Source: Nitrososphaerota archaeon (GTDB taxonomy: Archaea > Iainarchaeota > Iainarchaeia > Iainarchaeales > GCA-2688035). Taken from it: a DNA stretch of 62,641 nt. The stretch's first letter is position 1. Every line of letters starts with the position of its first letter. Below, piece by piece: positions 27,391-35,722 of this stretch. A program made the position numbers and the translations under genes. The notes under the pieces were generated by a model. That model made no database searches and was not told the origin of the DNA. It was given only the letters and a program-made list of their open reading frames with translations. The DNA lies in NCBI GenBank assembly GCA_017610265.1, contig JAFCCH010000016.1:1-62641 (forward strand). The letters are read 5' to 3'.

Positions 27391-29227
27391 TTAAACCAAC
27401 GTGTTTCTGCCTTTTAAACATTGCTTCAATTTCTTTGACTGTTGTTGCCTGCTCTGCCTTCTTGTCCTGTCTTATCTTAATCATCCTTGGAAATCTTAGT
27501 GCAAAGCCTTGTTCACCTTTTTTCTTTCCGGCTGTGTGAATAGGGCTTCTTGTTATCTCGTCTGCATTTACCTCTATCACATACTTTGGTTCAACCCAAT
27601 AATCTGGCTTTAGCTCTGAATCAATTCTTGCAGGCTTTTTTCCTTCCTTAATTTTTGAAAGCATTTTGTGCAAATCTGATAACATTTCCTCTGTCATTCC
27701 TGTTCCAATTTTTGCAAGGCTTTTGAATTTGTCCTCTTTCTCGTCATAGACTCCGGTCAACAGGCCGCCAAGGCCAAACTGGGTCCTTTTTCCCTTTCCT
27801 TTGAAGAATCCAAGAATTACTGTGTCAACAGTGTCGCCTAATTCTCCCTTATAGCTTCTCTTAAGTTTAATCCAGGCAAACTTTCTTGCTCCTGCAATAT
27901 AACCTGCATTTAGGTCTTTTGCAATAATGCCTTCAAGTCCTTTTTCAACACTTTCATTGAAAAAGCTTTCAACTTCTTCTGTTTTGTCGGTCTCAATGCT
28001 TTCGGTCAGTTCAATTGTTTTTCCTTTTCCAATCATTTTTCCAAGCCTTTCCCTTCTTTTCTTGAATGGAAGGTTCATTAGACTTTTTCCGTTTGCATAC
28101 AGTAAGTCAAATGCAAATAGTGTTAGTGGAAATTCTTTTGCCATCTTGTCAATGTCATATTTCCTTTTTCGCTGAATCGTAACCTGAAATGGAAAATATT
28201 CTTCAGTTTCCTCGTTGAAGACAAGGGCCTCTCCCTCAAAAATTGCGTCCACTGCCTTAATTTGTTTTCTCACCGCATCGGTTATTTCAGGAAACATGTC
28301 TGTAACATTTTCCTGCCTTCTGCTAAAAATTGTCACTTTGCCTTTGTCCTTGTGGATTGCAAGCCTGAACCCATCGTACTTTGCTTCAACTGCACATCTT
28401 CCAAGCTTTTCTACGATTTCTTTTGCTGTCGGCAGCCTTTCTGCAAGAGTCGGCCTTATTGGAACGCCTGGCGTAATCTCAATTTTTTCCAACCCCTTCA
28501 ATCCCTTCTCCGCAAGCTTTTCAGCAAGTCCGCCCAAATCACTGTAGACATTGTACTTGGATTCGATTAGCTCGCGTACCTTAAGCCTTATCTTTTTTTC
28601 AAGTTCTGCTTCCCTTTTTTCTTCCTTTTTTTCCTTAAGCTTTTTCTCAACCCCCTTTACAAGGGCCTTGTTCTTCCTTGCTTCCTCTGAAAGGTTTTTT
28701 GCAAACGAATCCATTATTGTCGGGTCGCCAATTCCCAGTCTTAAATTTCCAAGGGGGATTCTTACAAGATACTTTGCTTCAATTGGAGAAGCGCTGTTCA
28801 AAAGTTCTGCTAAGAGTTTTATCTTAAGCTGCTGGCTTCCGCTTCCTGAAACTGTTGCAATTTTAATCAAGTTTTTGAAAACCTTGCCAATACTTAACTC
28901 TGAGGAAAAAAGGCTTCTCTGCTTTTTTTTGGAAAAGAATTCCTGTGCAACAAGTCCAAGATCTCCTCTTTTCTTAAATTCCTTGTCAACATCTGCCTTG
29001 CTGTAACCTGATGCCTTTGCAATTCCTTCCTCCACATAGCTTTCTCCCATGCCAACTTCAATGTCCTTGAAGGCAGGAGCAAGCTTTCCTTGGCAAAGGT
29101 ATACAATTCTGGCTATTTCGTCTGCTTTGGATTTCTTGAAAAGGTCTGCAAGCAAGTCAGTCATTGCAAGCCTGCTTGAAACATGTTCTATTTTGTCAAA
29201 AGATTCGGCCAATGTCTTAAAGTGCAT
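27383..29227 (-). CDS. lig: ATP-dependent DNA ligase
   Basis: Adenylation motif EAKYDGFR, plus ..EGIIAK.. and ..WIKLK... 614 aa with an N-terminal DNA-binding domain. Confidence 0.95.
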   Translation of the reverse strand: MHFKTLAESFDKIEHVSSRLAMTDLLADLFKKSKADEIARIVYLCQGKLAPAFKDIEVGMGESYVEEGIAKASGYSKADVDKEFKKRGDLGLVAQEFFSKKKQRSLFSSELSIGKVFKNLIKIATVSGSGSQQLKIKLLAELLNSASPIEAKYLVRIPLGNLRLGIGDPTIMDSFAKNLSEEARKNKALVKGVEKKLKEKKEEKREAELEKKIRLKVRELIESKYNVYSDLGGLAEKLAEKGLKGLEKIEITPGVPIRPTLAERLPTAKEIVEKLGRCAVEAKYDGFRLAIHKDKGKVTIFSRRQENVTDMFPEITDAVRKQIKAVDAIFEGEALVFNEETEEYFPFQVTIQRKRKYDIDKMAKEFPLTLFAFDLLYANGKSLMNLPFKKRRERLGKMIGKGKTIELTESIETDKTEEVESFFNESVEKGLEGIIAKDLNAGYIAGARKFAWIKLKRSYKGELGDTVDTVILGFFKGKGKRTQFGLGGLLTGVYDEKEDKFKSLAKIGTGMTEEMLSDLHKMLSKIKEGKKPARIDSELKPDYWVEPKYVIEVNADEITRSPIHTAGKKKGEQGFALRFPRMIKIRQDKKAEQATTVKEIEAMFKRQKHVGLSE

Positions 29228-29347
29228 AGCTATATTTTATAGGCATTTTCTCAATATAAACCCTTTTGAGTGCTTTTGACCATGTTGCCGAGCAACGTCT
29301 TTTTGGAGCATGGAAAGGCAGTTAAAGGTTAGAGGATTAAGTGTTAC

Positions 29348-29908
29348 ATGCAGCAAGAGCTAAAGATTCTTCTTCTGGCATCTGCATTGTTCATGCTTTC
29401 AGGCGGATTGCTTGGCCCAATTTACGCAATTTTTGTCGAAGACATTGGGGGCGACATCCTCACAGCAGGAACCTCTTACGCAATTTTTGCAATTATTGCC
29501 GGCACTCTCATTTTTTTTGTAAGCAGGTGGGAAGACCATGTAAAGCACTTGGAAAAGCTTGTTGTGGTTGGTTATGCATTGAGTTGTGTTGGCTTTCTTG
29601 GTTATATCCTGATAAGGAATCCAATGGATTTGTTTATTGTTCAGGCAATTTTTGGAATAGGGCAGGCGGTTGGAGCCCCTGCCTTTGACGGTCTTTACTC
29701 AAAGCACCTGGACAAAGGAAAGTTTGCCTCAGAATGGGGTGTTTGGGAGTCAATGGCATTGCTTATAACAGGAGCTGCGGCGGCAGTCGGAAGCTTTGTT
29801 GCAAACTTCTTTGGATTCAAGTTTCTTTTTGTGATAATGCTTGCCTTATCTGTTTTGGGGCTTGCTGTTTCAAGTTTGCTTCTTTTTAGAAAAAGAAAAA
29901 AGCGTTAA
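29348..29908 (+). CDS. six-TM MFS-like half-transporter
   Basis: 186 aa, six hydrophobic helices with MFS-like loops. Confidence 0.5.
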   Translation: MQQELKILLLASALFMLSGGLLGPIYAIFVEDIGGDILTAGTSYAIFAIIAGTLIFFVSRWEDHVKHLEKLVVVGYALSCVGFLGYILIRNPMDLFIVQAIFGIGQAVGAPAFDGLYSKHLDKGKFASEWGVWESMALLITGAAAAVGSFVANFFGFKFLFVIMLALSVLGLAVSSLLLFRKRKKR

Positions 29909-29953
29909 TCAAGGCATTAAGCTTTTATTATTCTCCCACTCAAAGTTTATTGA

Positions 29954-30304
29954 ATGGGAATCCAAGTTGAATTCAATGCAGAGCTGGCTTTGCGAAACAT
30001 TTCTCAGTTTAAGGCCGGGGACAGAACGGAAGATGAATGTCTTCCTGAAAAGCTTGAGGCAGGAAAAACTTATTCTTTTTTGAAAAGCGGGCAAAGGAAT
30101 TATTGGCTGCAGGGACAGGTTCCCTTGGTTGAAACAAAGGGCAACCAAGAACTTTCAAGGCCCTTGGCAGCGGTAGAGATCCTGGAAGTAACACACTTTC
30201 TTTTGGACAAGCAGGCTTTTACCAAGGGCAAGTACAAGGTCATTGATGTCTTTGACTCAAGCGATTCAAAAGTTCATTTTGACAGGTTTGAAAGACTGGA
30301 TTAA
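29954..30304 (+). CDS. hypothetical protein
   Basis: 116-aa ORF. No motif recognised. Confidence 0.45.
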   Translation: MGIQVEFNAELALRNISQFKAGDRTEDECLPEKLEAGKTYSFLKSGQRNYWLQGQVPLVETKGNQELSRPLAAVEILEVTHFLLDKQAFTKGKYKVIDVFDSSDSKVHFDRFERLD

Positions 30305-30320
30305 TTCTAACCTTGTTCTT

Positions 30321-30590
30321 TTAGGCTGTTGTGGTTGCAAGCTCTTTTTCCTGTTTACCGTTGATTTCAAGTTCTTTCAATGAAAGGAACTCATAAGTCT
30401 TTTGCAGTGCCAAAATTGCTTTTGGCAGGTCGTTTGCCTTAAGGGAGCTTGTGCTTTTCCACTCGTCGTTCTTGTCCTTGTATCTTCGCTCAAACGAAAC
30501 AGTGTAATAGCTGTTTCCTTCCTTTCCTTGATTCTCCCAGACAGCAACCTGTACTGCGCCAACGGAAAACTTTTTAGTTGGCAAATTCAT
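30321..30590 (-). CDS. small nucleic-acid-binding-like protein (PC4/Whirly-like fold suspected)
   Basis: SD AAGGAGGTG lies 6 nt upstream. The VAVWENQGKEG.SYYTVSFERRYKDKNDEWKSTSSL pattern resembles PC4-like ssDNA binders. This is a low-certainty recollection. Confidence 0.45.
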   Translation of the reverse strand: MNLPTKKFSVGAVQVAVWENQGKEGNSYYTVSFERRYKDKNDEWKSTSSLKANDLPKAILALQKTYEFLSLKELEINGKQEKELATTTA

Positions 30591-30948
30591 TTATCCCACC
30601 TCCTTTGCTGTTTAATTCTTTTCATAAGTGTAACGCCGGCAGGAGCAGGCAATTTGCCTACTTTTGCCCTGCCAAGCAATAAAAATAATAAAATGCCCTT
30701 AGAGAAAGGGCCTGATGCTTCCTGCTTTTCCATATCCTTCAACATACCTGCACAATCTAAAAACACTCATTTTCATTACCTCCAGTTTTTTTAATGAACT
30801 AAAATAATCTTGTTTGACGCGCTTAAAAACAACTTGAAGCAGAGTGGATTTCCGGTGAAAAATACACCTGTCTTGTTTCCCCTTTTCCCAAAAAGGGCTT
30901 TTTTTAAAGCTTTTCAGGCACAATTTTCTTTAGAATAGAACCTTTTTT

Positions 30949-31021
30949 GGGGCTGTAGTCTAGTCTGGTAGGATTCTGCGTTTGGGACGCTGCGGCAGGG
31001 GTTCAAATCCTCTCAGCCCCA
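30949..31021 (+). tRNA. tRNA-Pro (anticodon UGG)
   Basis: Acceptor GGGGCTG/CAGCCCC, anticodon arm CTGCG-TTTGGGA-CGCTG (U-U mismatch at the second pair), T arm AGGGG-TTCAAAT-CCTCT, discriminator A. Confidence 0.85.
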
Positions 31022-31040
31022 TATTCTTCTTTTTAAAATT

Positions 31041-31188
31041 CTTATCACCGCCAATTCTGAATTTTTTTTTTGGACTCGAATTTTCTCGGCTTAAATCTTT
31101 CTCCGCTTTGCTTCAAAAGAATTTAATGCCTCCAAAATTCGCAAGACGTCCATGAAAAAATTCATTCTAAATTGGAGGTGATACAAGG
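31041..31188 (+). promoter_or_regulatory. about 30-nt imperfect inverted repeat whose right arm contains the SD of a small upstream ORF
   Basis: The left arm CTTATCACCGCCAATTCTGAATTTTTT is complementary to the right arm AAAAAATTCATTCTAAATTGGAGGTGATACAAG (about 25 matched positions). Confidence 0.45.
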
Positions 31189-31292
31189 TGGGTTTTTCTC
31201 AAAAACTTTCAAAAACAAAAGGAAACGCTTTTGGAGATGGTTTTTCTTTTGATGAACTACTTAAAAACATGAACGGAAAGGGGTATCCATGA
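31188..31292 (+). CDS. 34-codon upstream ORF coupled (ATGA) to the LAGLIDADG gene
   Basis: GGAGGTGAT at 31174-31182 lies 5 nt before GTG 31188. The stop TGA overlaps ATG 31289. Confidence 0.3.
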   Translation: MGFSQKLSKTKGNAFGDGFSFDELLKNMNGKGYP

Positions 31293-32014
31293 TTACCGGA
31301 AATTCAGAGTATACAAAGCAGTTTAAAAGTCAAAAGCGAATTTTTTCTATGCTTGTTGAAAGAATGGCTGATGTATCAATTAGTGAAGCAGAAGCAAGGA
31401 TTGTTGCCCACATTTGTGGAGATGGGTGCATTTGTTCTTATGATACAAAAAGGTTTGTTGGCAAGTATGATCCTCCTAGAAAGAACCTGATCAGAAAAGA
31501 GTATTCCATTTCATATTGCAATACCGAAGAATCCTTGTTAGACTCCTTTTGTAAAGACATGTTTGCAGTTTATGGAAGAAAGGCCTATAAATCAAAAAGA
31601 AATGACGTGTGTTTAAGGGCCAAGTGGATTTATCAAAGACTTAAACGGTTTGGTGTGGGAAAATCTCGTGAGTGGTTTATAGCAGATAAAATTTTCAGTG
31701 GGGAAAAACCAATTATTAAGCAATGGCTAATAGCTTTTTTTGATGATGAAGCGCATGTTGATTTACGAACCTTTCGTATAGTGGTAAACTCAGTTAACCA
31801 AAAAGGTCTAAGACAAATTCAACAATTATTAAAAAAAATGAGAATAACTAAAACAAGTTTCAAAGACCCCTACCTTTACAAGAAATCTAAAATATACAGG
31901 CTTTCAATCCTAAAAGAAGACGTGGAACGATTCAGGGTTTATGTAGGGTTTAATCATCCAAAGAAAGTAAGGGATTTAGAAGAACTTTTAGATTTGAGGG
32001 CATTAACTTTATAA
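31289..32014 (+). CDS. free-standing LAGLIDADG-type homing endonuclease-like protein
   Basis: ARIVAHICGDGCI is motif 1 and QWLIAFFDDEAHV is motif 2. 241 aa. Confidence 0.65.
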   Translation: MITGNSEYTKQFKSQKRIFSMLVERMADVSISEAEARIVAHICGDGCICSYDTKRFVGKYDPPRKNLIRKEYSISYCNTEESLLDSFCKDMFAVYGRKAYKSKRNDVCLRAKWIYQRLKRFGVGKSREWFIADKIFSGEKPIIKQWLIAFFDDEAHVDLRTFRIVVNSVNQKGLRQIQQLLKKMRITKTSFKDPYLYKKSKIYRLSILKEDVERFRVYVGFNHPKKVRDLEELLDLRALTL

Positions 32015-32065
32015 ATTTTAAAAGGTTTTCTCTCCATTTATTTCATTTAGTATTGGTAGATTAAA

Positions 32066-32845
32066 ATGAATCCAAAAAACTTTAACAGAATTGTTGTAAA
32101 GCTTGGTACAAGCAGTATAATGCACAATAATAAGTTTAATGTTGAATTGGCTGACAGCCTTGCAAGAGACGTTTCTTCCCTGACAAGGCAGGGTAAGCAA
32201 TTTATTTTTGTTTCAAGTGGGGCAATAGGCCTTGGCCTTGAAAGAATGCATTTGGCCTGCAATGGCTTGCCTGTGGAAATGCAGCAGGCAATGGCAGCAG
32301 TTGGTCAAAGCCAGTTAATGCACGAGTATGAAAAGGCATTTTCAAAGTACAACCAGGTAATTGCCCAGGTTCTTTTGACACAGGAAAACCTTGAAAACAG
32401 GAAAAGTTTGGAAAACCTGCAGAACACTTTGGAAAAGCTTTTGGAGCTGAACATTGTTCCAATCATTAATGAGAACGATGCTGTTGCAACAGAAGAACTT
32501 GCCTTCGAAAAGCAATTTTCTGACAATGACTTGCTTGCGGCAAAACTAGCCAAGCATGTTAAGGCAGACTTATTAGTAATGGTTTCAAGTGTTGGAGGGC
32601 TTTTTTCAAAAAATCCTGAACGTAGCGGAAAAGCCGTGTTGATTGAAAGGGTTTCTGACACAAGCAAAGTAAAGGCCGAAATTGGCGGCAAAAGTCTTTT
32701 GGGCAAGGGTGGCTTTGAAACAAAGCTTGAGGCTGCAGACATTGCCCTAAAAAGCAAAATTCCGTTAATTGTTACTGGTCCAAAGCCAGGGCTTTTGGGA
32801 AAAATCTTAAACGGCAAAATTGAAGGAACTGTTTTTGAGAAATAA
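32066..32845 (+). CDS. proB: glutamate 5-kinase (no PUA domain)
   Basis: VVKLGTSS, FVSSGAIGLG, AAVGQSQLM, VPIINENDAVAT and FSDNDLLAA are co-linear with ProB. Confidence 0.88.
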   Translation: MNPKNFNRIVVKLGTSSIMHNNKFNVELADSLARDVSSLTRQGKQFIFVSSGAIGLGLERMHLACNGLPVEMQQAMAAVGQSQLMHEYEKAFSKYNQVIAQVLLTQENLENRKSLENLQNTLEKLLELNIVPIINENDAVATEELAFEKQFSDNDLLAAKLAKHVKADLLVMVSSVGGLFSKNPERSGKAVLIERVSDTSKVKAEIGGKSLLGKGGFETKLEAADIALKSKIPLIVTGPKPGLLGKILNGKIEGTVFEK

Positions 32846-32895
32846 CAGACCTGTTTTAGGTTTTTTTTCAAAATTAGTGTTTTTTTTGCTGTTTT

Positions 32896-35382
32896 CTACT
32901 GGTTAAAAACAAAATTGTAGAAAATAGTTTGATTGCCCTGTTCACAGTTTCGCATTCCCCATTCAGGATGTTCTCTGGTTGGATCTGCACATTGAGGGCA
33001 GTCAGCCTTGTCAGTGCACCATGTGCAGTCTGATGGAAAAGTGCAGTAATCACAATCTCTTGCACAATTATTTTCCGCCCTTTCTTTGCTGTCGCAGAAA
33101 GAGTCTCCGCACACTCTGCCTTCAATTACCAGATTGTTTGGAAGTATATGTTCTTCAAAGGTTTCTGTAACCGTTTTTCTTTTTATCCCTTCAGGGTCTT
33201 TGTTAGATAGGTATTCAAACCATCCTTCTATTGCGTTTATGCCATTTTTGGTAAAATTGTTGTGATGTGTCACCACTCCAAAAATTTCTTCTTCGTTTAA
33301 AGTTTCATAATCTCTTTTTGCATTTTCAAGCAAGCCAGAATTCCAAAGCCCTGAAATGCCAATAGTGTAAACTTTGTTGCCGTTCCATGTTTGCTTAACA
33401 GCTTTTTTGTTTCTTGAGCCTCCACCTGCTGTAAGATACTGTATATTCGGAACGTCGGTCCACTTGTTTGTAATGGTTCCTGATTTGATTTCCTCTGGAT
33501 AAGCGAGTTCGTTCGCCATTTCAAGAAAATCGTTCATTGTTCCAAGAAGCTCGTGTATGTCATCATCTCCTGTTCCGCGGATGTAACTGGTGTTTATTGC
33601 ATCTTGTGCCTGCATGTTGGAGTATCCATCCCAGCTTAAATGGGCGGGCCCTGGGTGAATTATAGATATTTCGTGCCCGTTTTTCTGCCATAATTTAACA
33701 AGGTTTTTTTCGTTTTCGTTTGCCAAAAGATACTCAATCCACTGTGGGGAAAATTGCAGTGTAAGCTTAACATTGTATAAATCGGCTGACTCTACAAGTG
33801 GTTTCAGGTAATCATAAAAATGATTAAAGTAGTCTGATTCAGGGTCTCTTTTAATGTGAACAACAAAATAAGAATAGGGGACACCTGTTTCATTTGGTTC
33901 ACCGGAATCAAAAAATTCCATTAGTTCAGTTCCCCAGATTTCCTGCCCTATTTCATTAGGGTGGCATCCGTCCTTTCTTTGAGAATTGTCTAATGGGAAT
34001 AATATTGGTCCAGCATTTAATTCTTCTTCACTAACCATTTGGTCAATGTGATCTTTTGTAATCTGAGGGGCATTCTGAACCTGCATGCATAGTTCAGTTG
34101 AAGGCGAGCCTGGAAATTCAGGCATTGGAGTGGCATAAATTTTGGCAGAAATTCCATTTTCATTTAATTTTGCTTTTATTTCATTTAAGATATCTACTGT
34201 TTGTAAATAGCTTACCTCAAAACTTCCAGAACATTGCATCCACCATATTTTTGTTGTGTCTGGATATTGATTAAGCACATTTTCAAATATTTGCCAACAA
34301 CTGTCCCTTGGGTTACTCCATTTTTTTAAACTGCATCCGCTATAACTTTCACCAGCTTCCCTATCCATCTCCCAGAACTTTTCACCGCCTAAATTAAAAT
34401 AGCCTTCAATTGCGCCATGGGTTGCAGAACAGCCTACAAAGCCAATAACCTCTTCTTCCTGGTTTGTTTCGCAGCTTATACTACAGCATCTTATTATATC
34501 AGAGGCGGGTAACAGTTTTCCGTTGCAGTTTTCCTCTGCTGTGCAGGCATTTCCACCCAGTTCTGAGCATGTTTTATTGGCAATTCCTAAATCAAAGAAG
34601 TCCATTAGGTCCTGGCCCCAAATGGCTTGGCCTGCTTCATTTGCATGGCATCCGTCTGATCTCTCATAATCTTCCAAAACATCCATTATCGGCCCCTGTT
34701 TTACTTCTCCTTCCTGCACTAATTGATTAATAAAATTTTCAGTAATTGTTGTGCTGTCAAAACCGGCTGCGCAGACTCCTTCATATGTTTCCGGAAATTC
34801 AGGCATTGGCGTTGCATAAACCTCAAGCCCTGGAGCCCTTTCCTTTATTGCATTCAGGATTGCCAACGCATCTTCATATGCCATGCCTGATTCCTTGCCT
34901 GAACCGCACATCTCCCACCAAATTTTGTCTGTTTCAGGATATCTGGCAAGCATGCTTTCAAACCTTGCCCAGTAATCATAAGCTTCAATATGGTCTCCGG
35001 TTAATTGGGTGTGCCAGGCATTCAGGCTTCCTCCACTATAGCTTTCTGTTGCCCTATCAGGATTCCAAAAGTTTTCTCCCCAATTATCCAAATAGCCCTG
35101 AACAGCGTTGTTGCTTATTGAGCATCCTACAAATCCAACCATGCTCTCTCCAGTCGGCGGTGAAGGGATACAATCTGTTGGGCATAATTCAGGGTTTGCC
35201 TGTTCTGCAGGGCCGCATACTCCGTCTCCGCACCTGCTTCCTGTGGGTTCAATAGGCTCTTGCGGTTCCACAAATTCAGGGAATTCAGTGGGTCCAGGCT
35301 TCTGATTCTGTTCCACACAACCGCTTAATATCAAGACTGTAATTAGACCAAAAATTAGTGCAATTGCAAGGCTCTTTTGCAT
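32896..35382 (-). CDS. large Cys-rich exported (lipoprotein-like) protein with two tandem SGNH/GDSL-like modules
   Basis: Signal peptide plus ILSGC lipobox-like site. Internal duplication: GFVGCS..YSGGSL..DGCHANEAGQ versus GFVGCS..YSGCSL..DGCHPNEIGQ. Cys-knot-like ends (CGDGVCGP..C.TDC and CGDSFCDS..CARDCDYC). Confidence 0.65.
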   Translation of the reverse strand: MQKSLAIALIFGLITVLILSGCVEQNQKPGPTEFPEFVEPQEPIEPTGSRCGDGVCGPAEQANPELCPTDCIPSPPTGESMVGFVGCSISNNAVQGYLDNWGENFWNPDRATESYSGGSLNAWHTQLTGDHIEAYDYWARFESMLARYPETDKIWWEMCGSGKESGMAYEDALAILNAIKERAPGLEVYATPMPEFPETYEGVCAAGFDSTTITENFINQLVQEGEVKQGPIMDVLEDYERSDGCHANEAGQAIWGQDLMDFFDLGIANKTCSELGGNACTAEENCNGKLLPASDIIRCCSISCETNQEEEVIGFVGCSATHGAIEGYFNLGGEKFWEMDREAGESYSGCSLKKWSNPRDSCWQIFENVLNQYPDTTKIWWMQCSGSFEVSYLQTVDILNEIKAKLNENGISAKIYATPMPEFPGSPSTELCMQVQNAPQITKDHIDQMVSEEELNAGPILFPLDNSQRKDGCHPNEIGQEIWGTELMEFFDSGEPNETGVPYSYFVVHIKRDPESDYFNHFYDYLKPLVESADLYNVKLTLQFSPQWIEYLLANENEKNLVKLWQKNGHEISIIHPGPAHLSWDGYSNMQAQDAINTSYIRGTGDDDIHELLGTMNDFLEMANELAYPEEIKSGTITNKWTDVPNIQYLTAGGGSRNKKAVKQTWNGNKVYTIGISGLWNSGLLENAKRDYETLNEEEIFGVVTHHNNFTKNGINAIEGWFEYLSNKDPEGIKRKTVTETFEEHILPNNLVIEGRVCGDSFCDSKERAENNCARDCDYCTFPSDCTWCTDKADCPQCADPTREHPEWGMRNCEQGNQTIFYNFVFNQ

Positions 35383-35490
35383 GTCAATAATATCTATTTT
35401 CCTTTATTTAATGCTTTTGCGAGGCTGCTTCTGGTTGTTTTTAACACTTTTAAATAGTTTTTTCTTTAATTCTTAAGTATTAATAGCAGT

Positions 35491-35563
35491 GGTGCGTTGG
35501 TGTAGCTTGGTAGCATTGTGGGCTGGGGGTCCTCCGACGGGGGTTCAAATCCTCCACGCGCCA
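35491..35563 (+). tRNA. tRNA-Pro (anticodon GGG)
   Basis: Acceptor GGTGCGT/ACGCGCC (U3-G70), D stem GTGT/GCAT, anticodon arm GTGGG-CTGGGGG-TCCTC (U-U at the second pair), T arm GGGGG-TTCAAAT-CCTCC. Confidence 0.85.
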
Positions 35564-35583
35564 TAAACCTTTTAGAAAAAGGT

Positions 35584-35680
35584 TTGCGAAAAGATTGCAA
35601 AAAGATTGCAAAAAGATTGCGAAAAGATTGCGAAAAGATTGCGAAAAGATTGCGAAAAGATTGCGAAAAAGGTTTCGCAA
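35584..35680 (+). repeat. 11-bp tandem array (TTGCGAAAAGA / TTGCAAAAAGA, about 8 units) ending in a palindrome
   Basis: Units start at 35584, 35595, 35606, 35617, 35628, 35639, 35650 and 35661. The last unit runs into TTGCGAAAAAGGTTTCGCAA (an inverted repeat). Confidence 0.9.
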
Positions 35681-35722
35681 TAGGTTAATTAACATCTTTG
35701 CAGTTATTTGGATTGGTTTGAA

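Noticed and set aside
29341-29688. A 115-aa ORF overlapping the MFS-like gene in another frame.
   Set aside because: It has a Cys/Arg/Trp-rich composition atypical for this genome. The overlapping frame (29348-29908) gives a coherent six-TM protein.
35584-35680. A possible CRISPR array.
   Set aside because: The units are 11 bp and contiguous, with no spacers, and no cas genes lie in the window.
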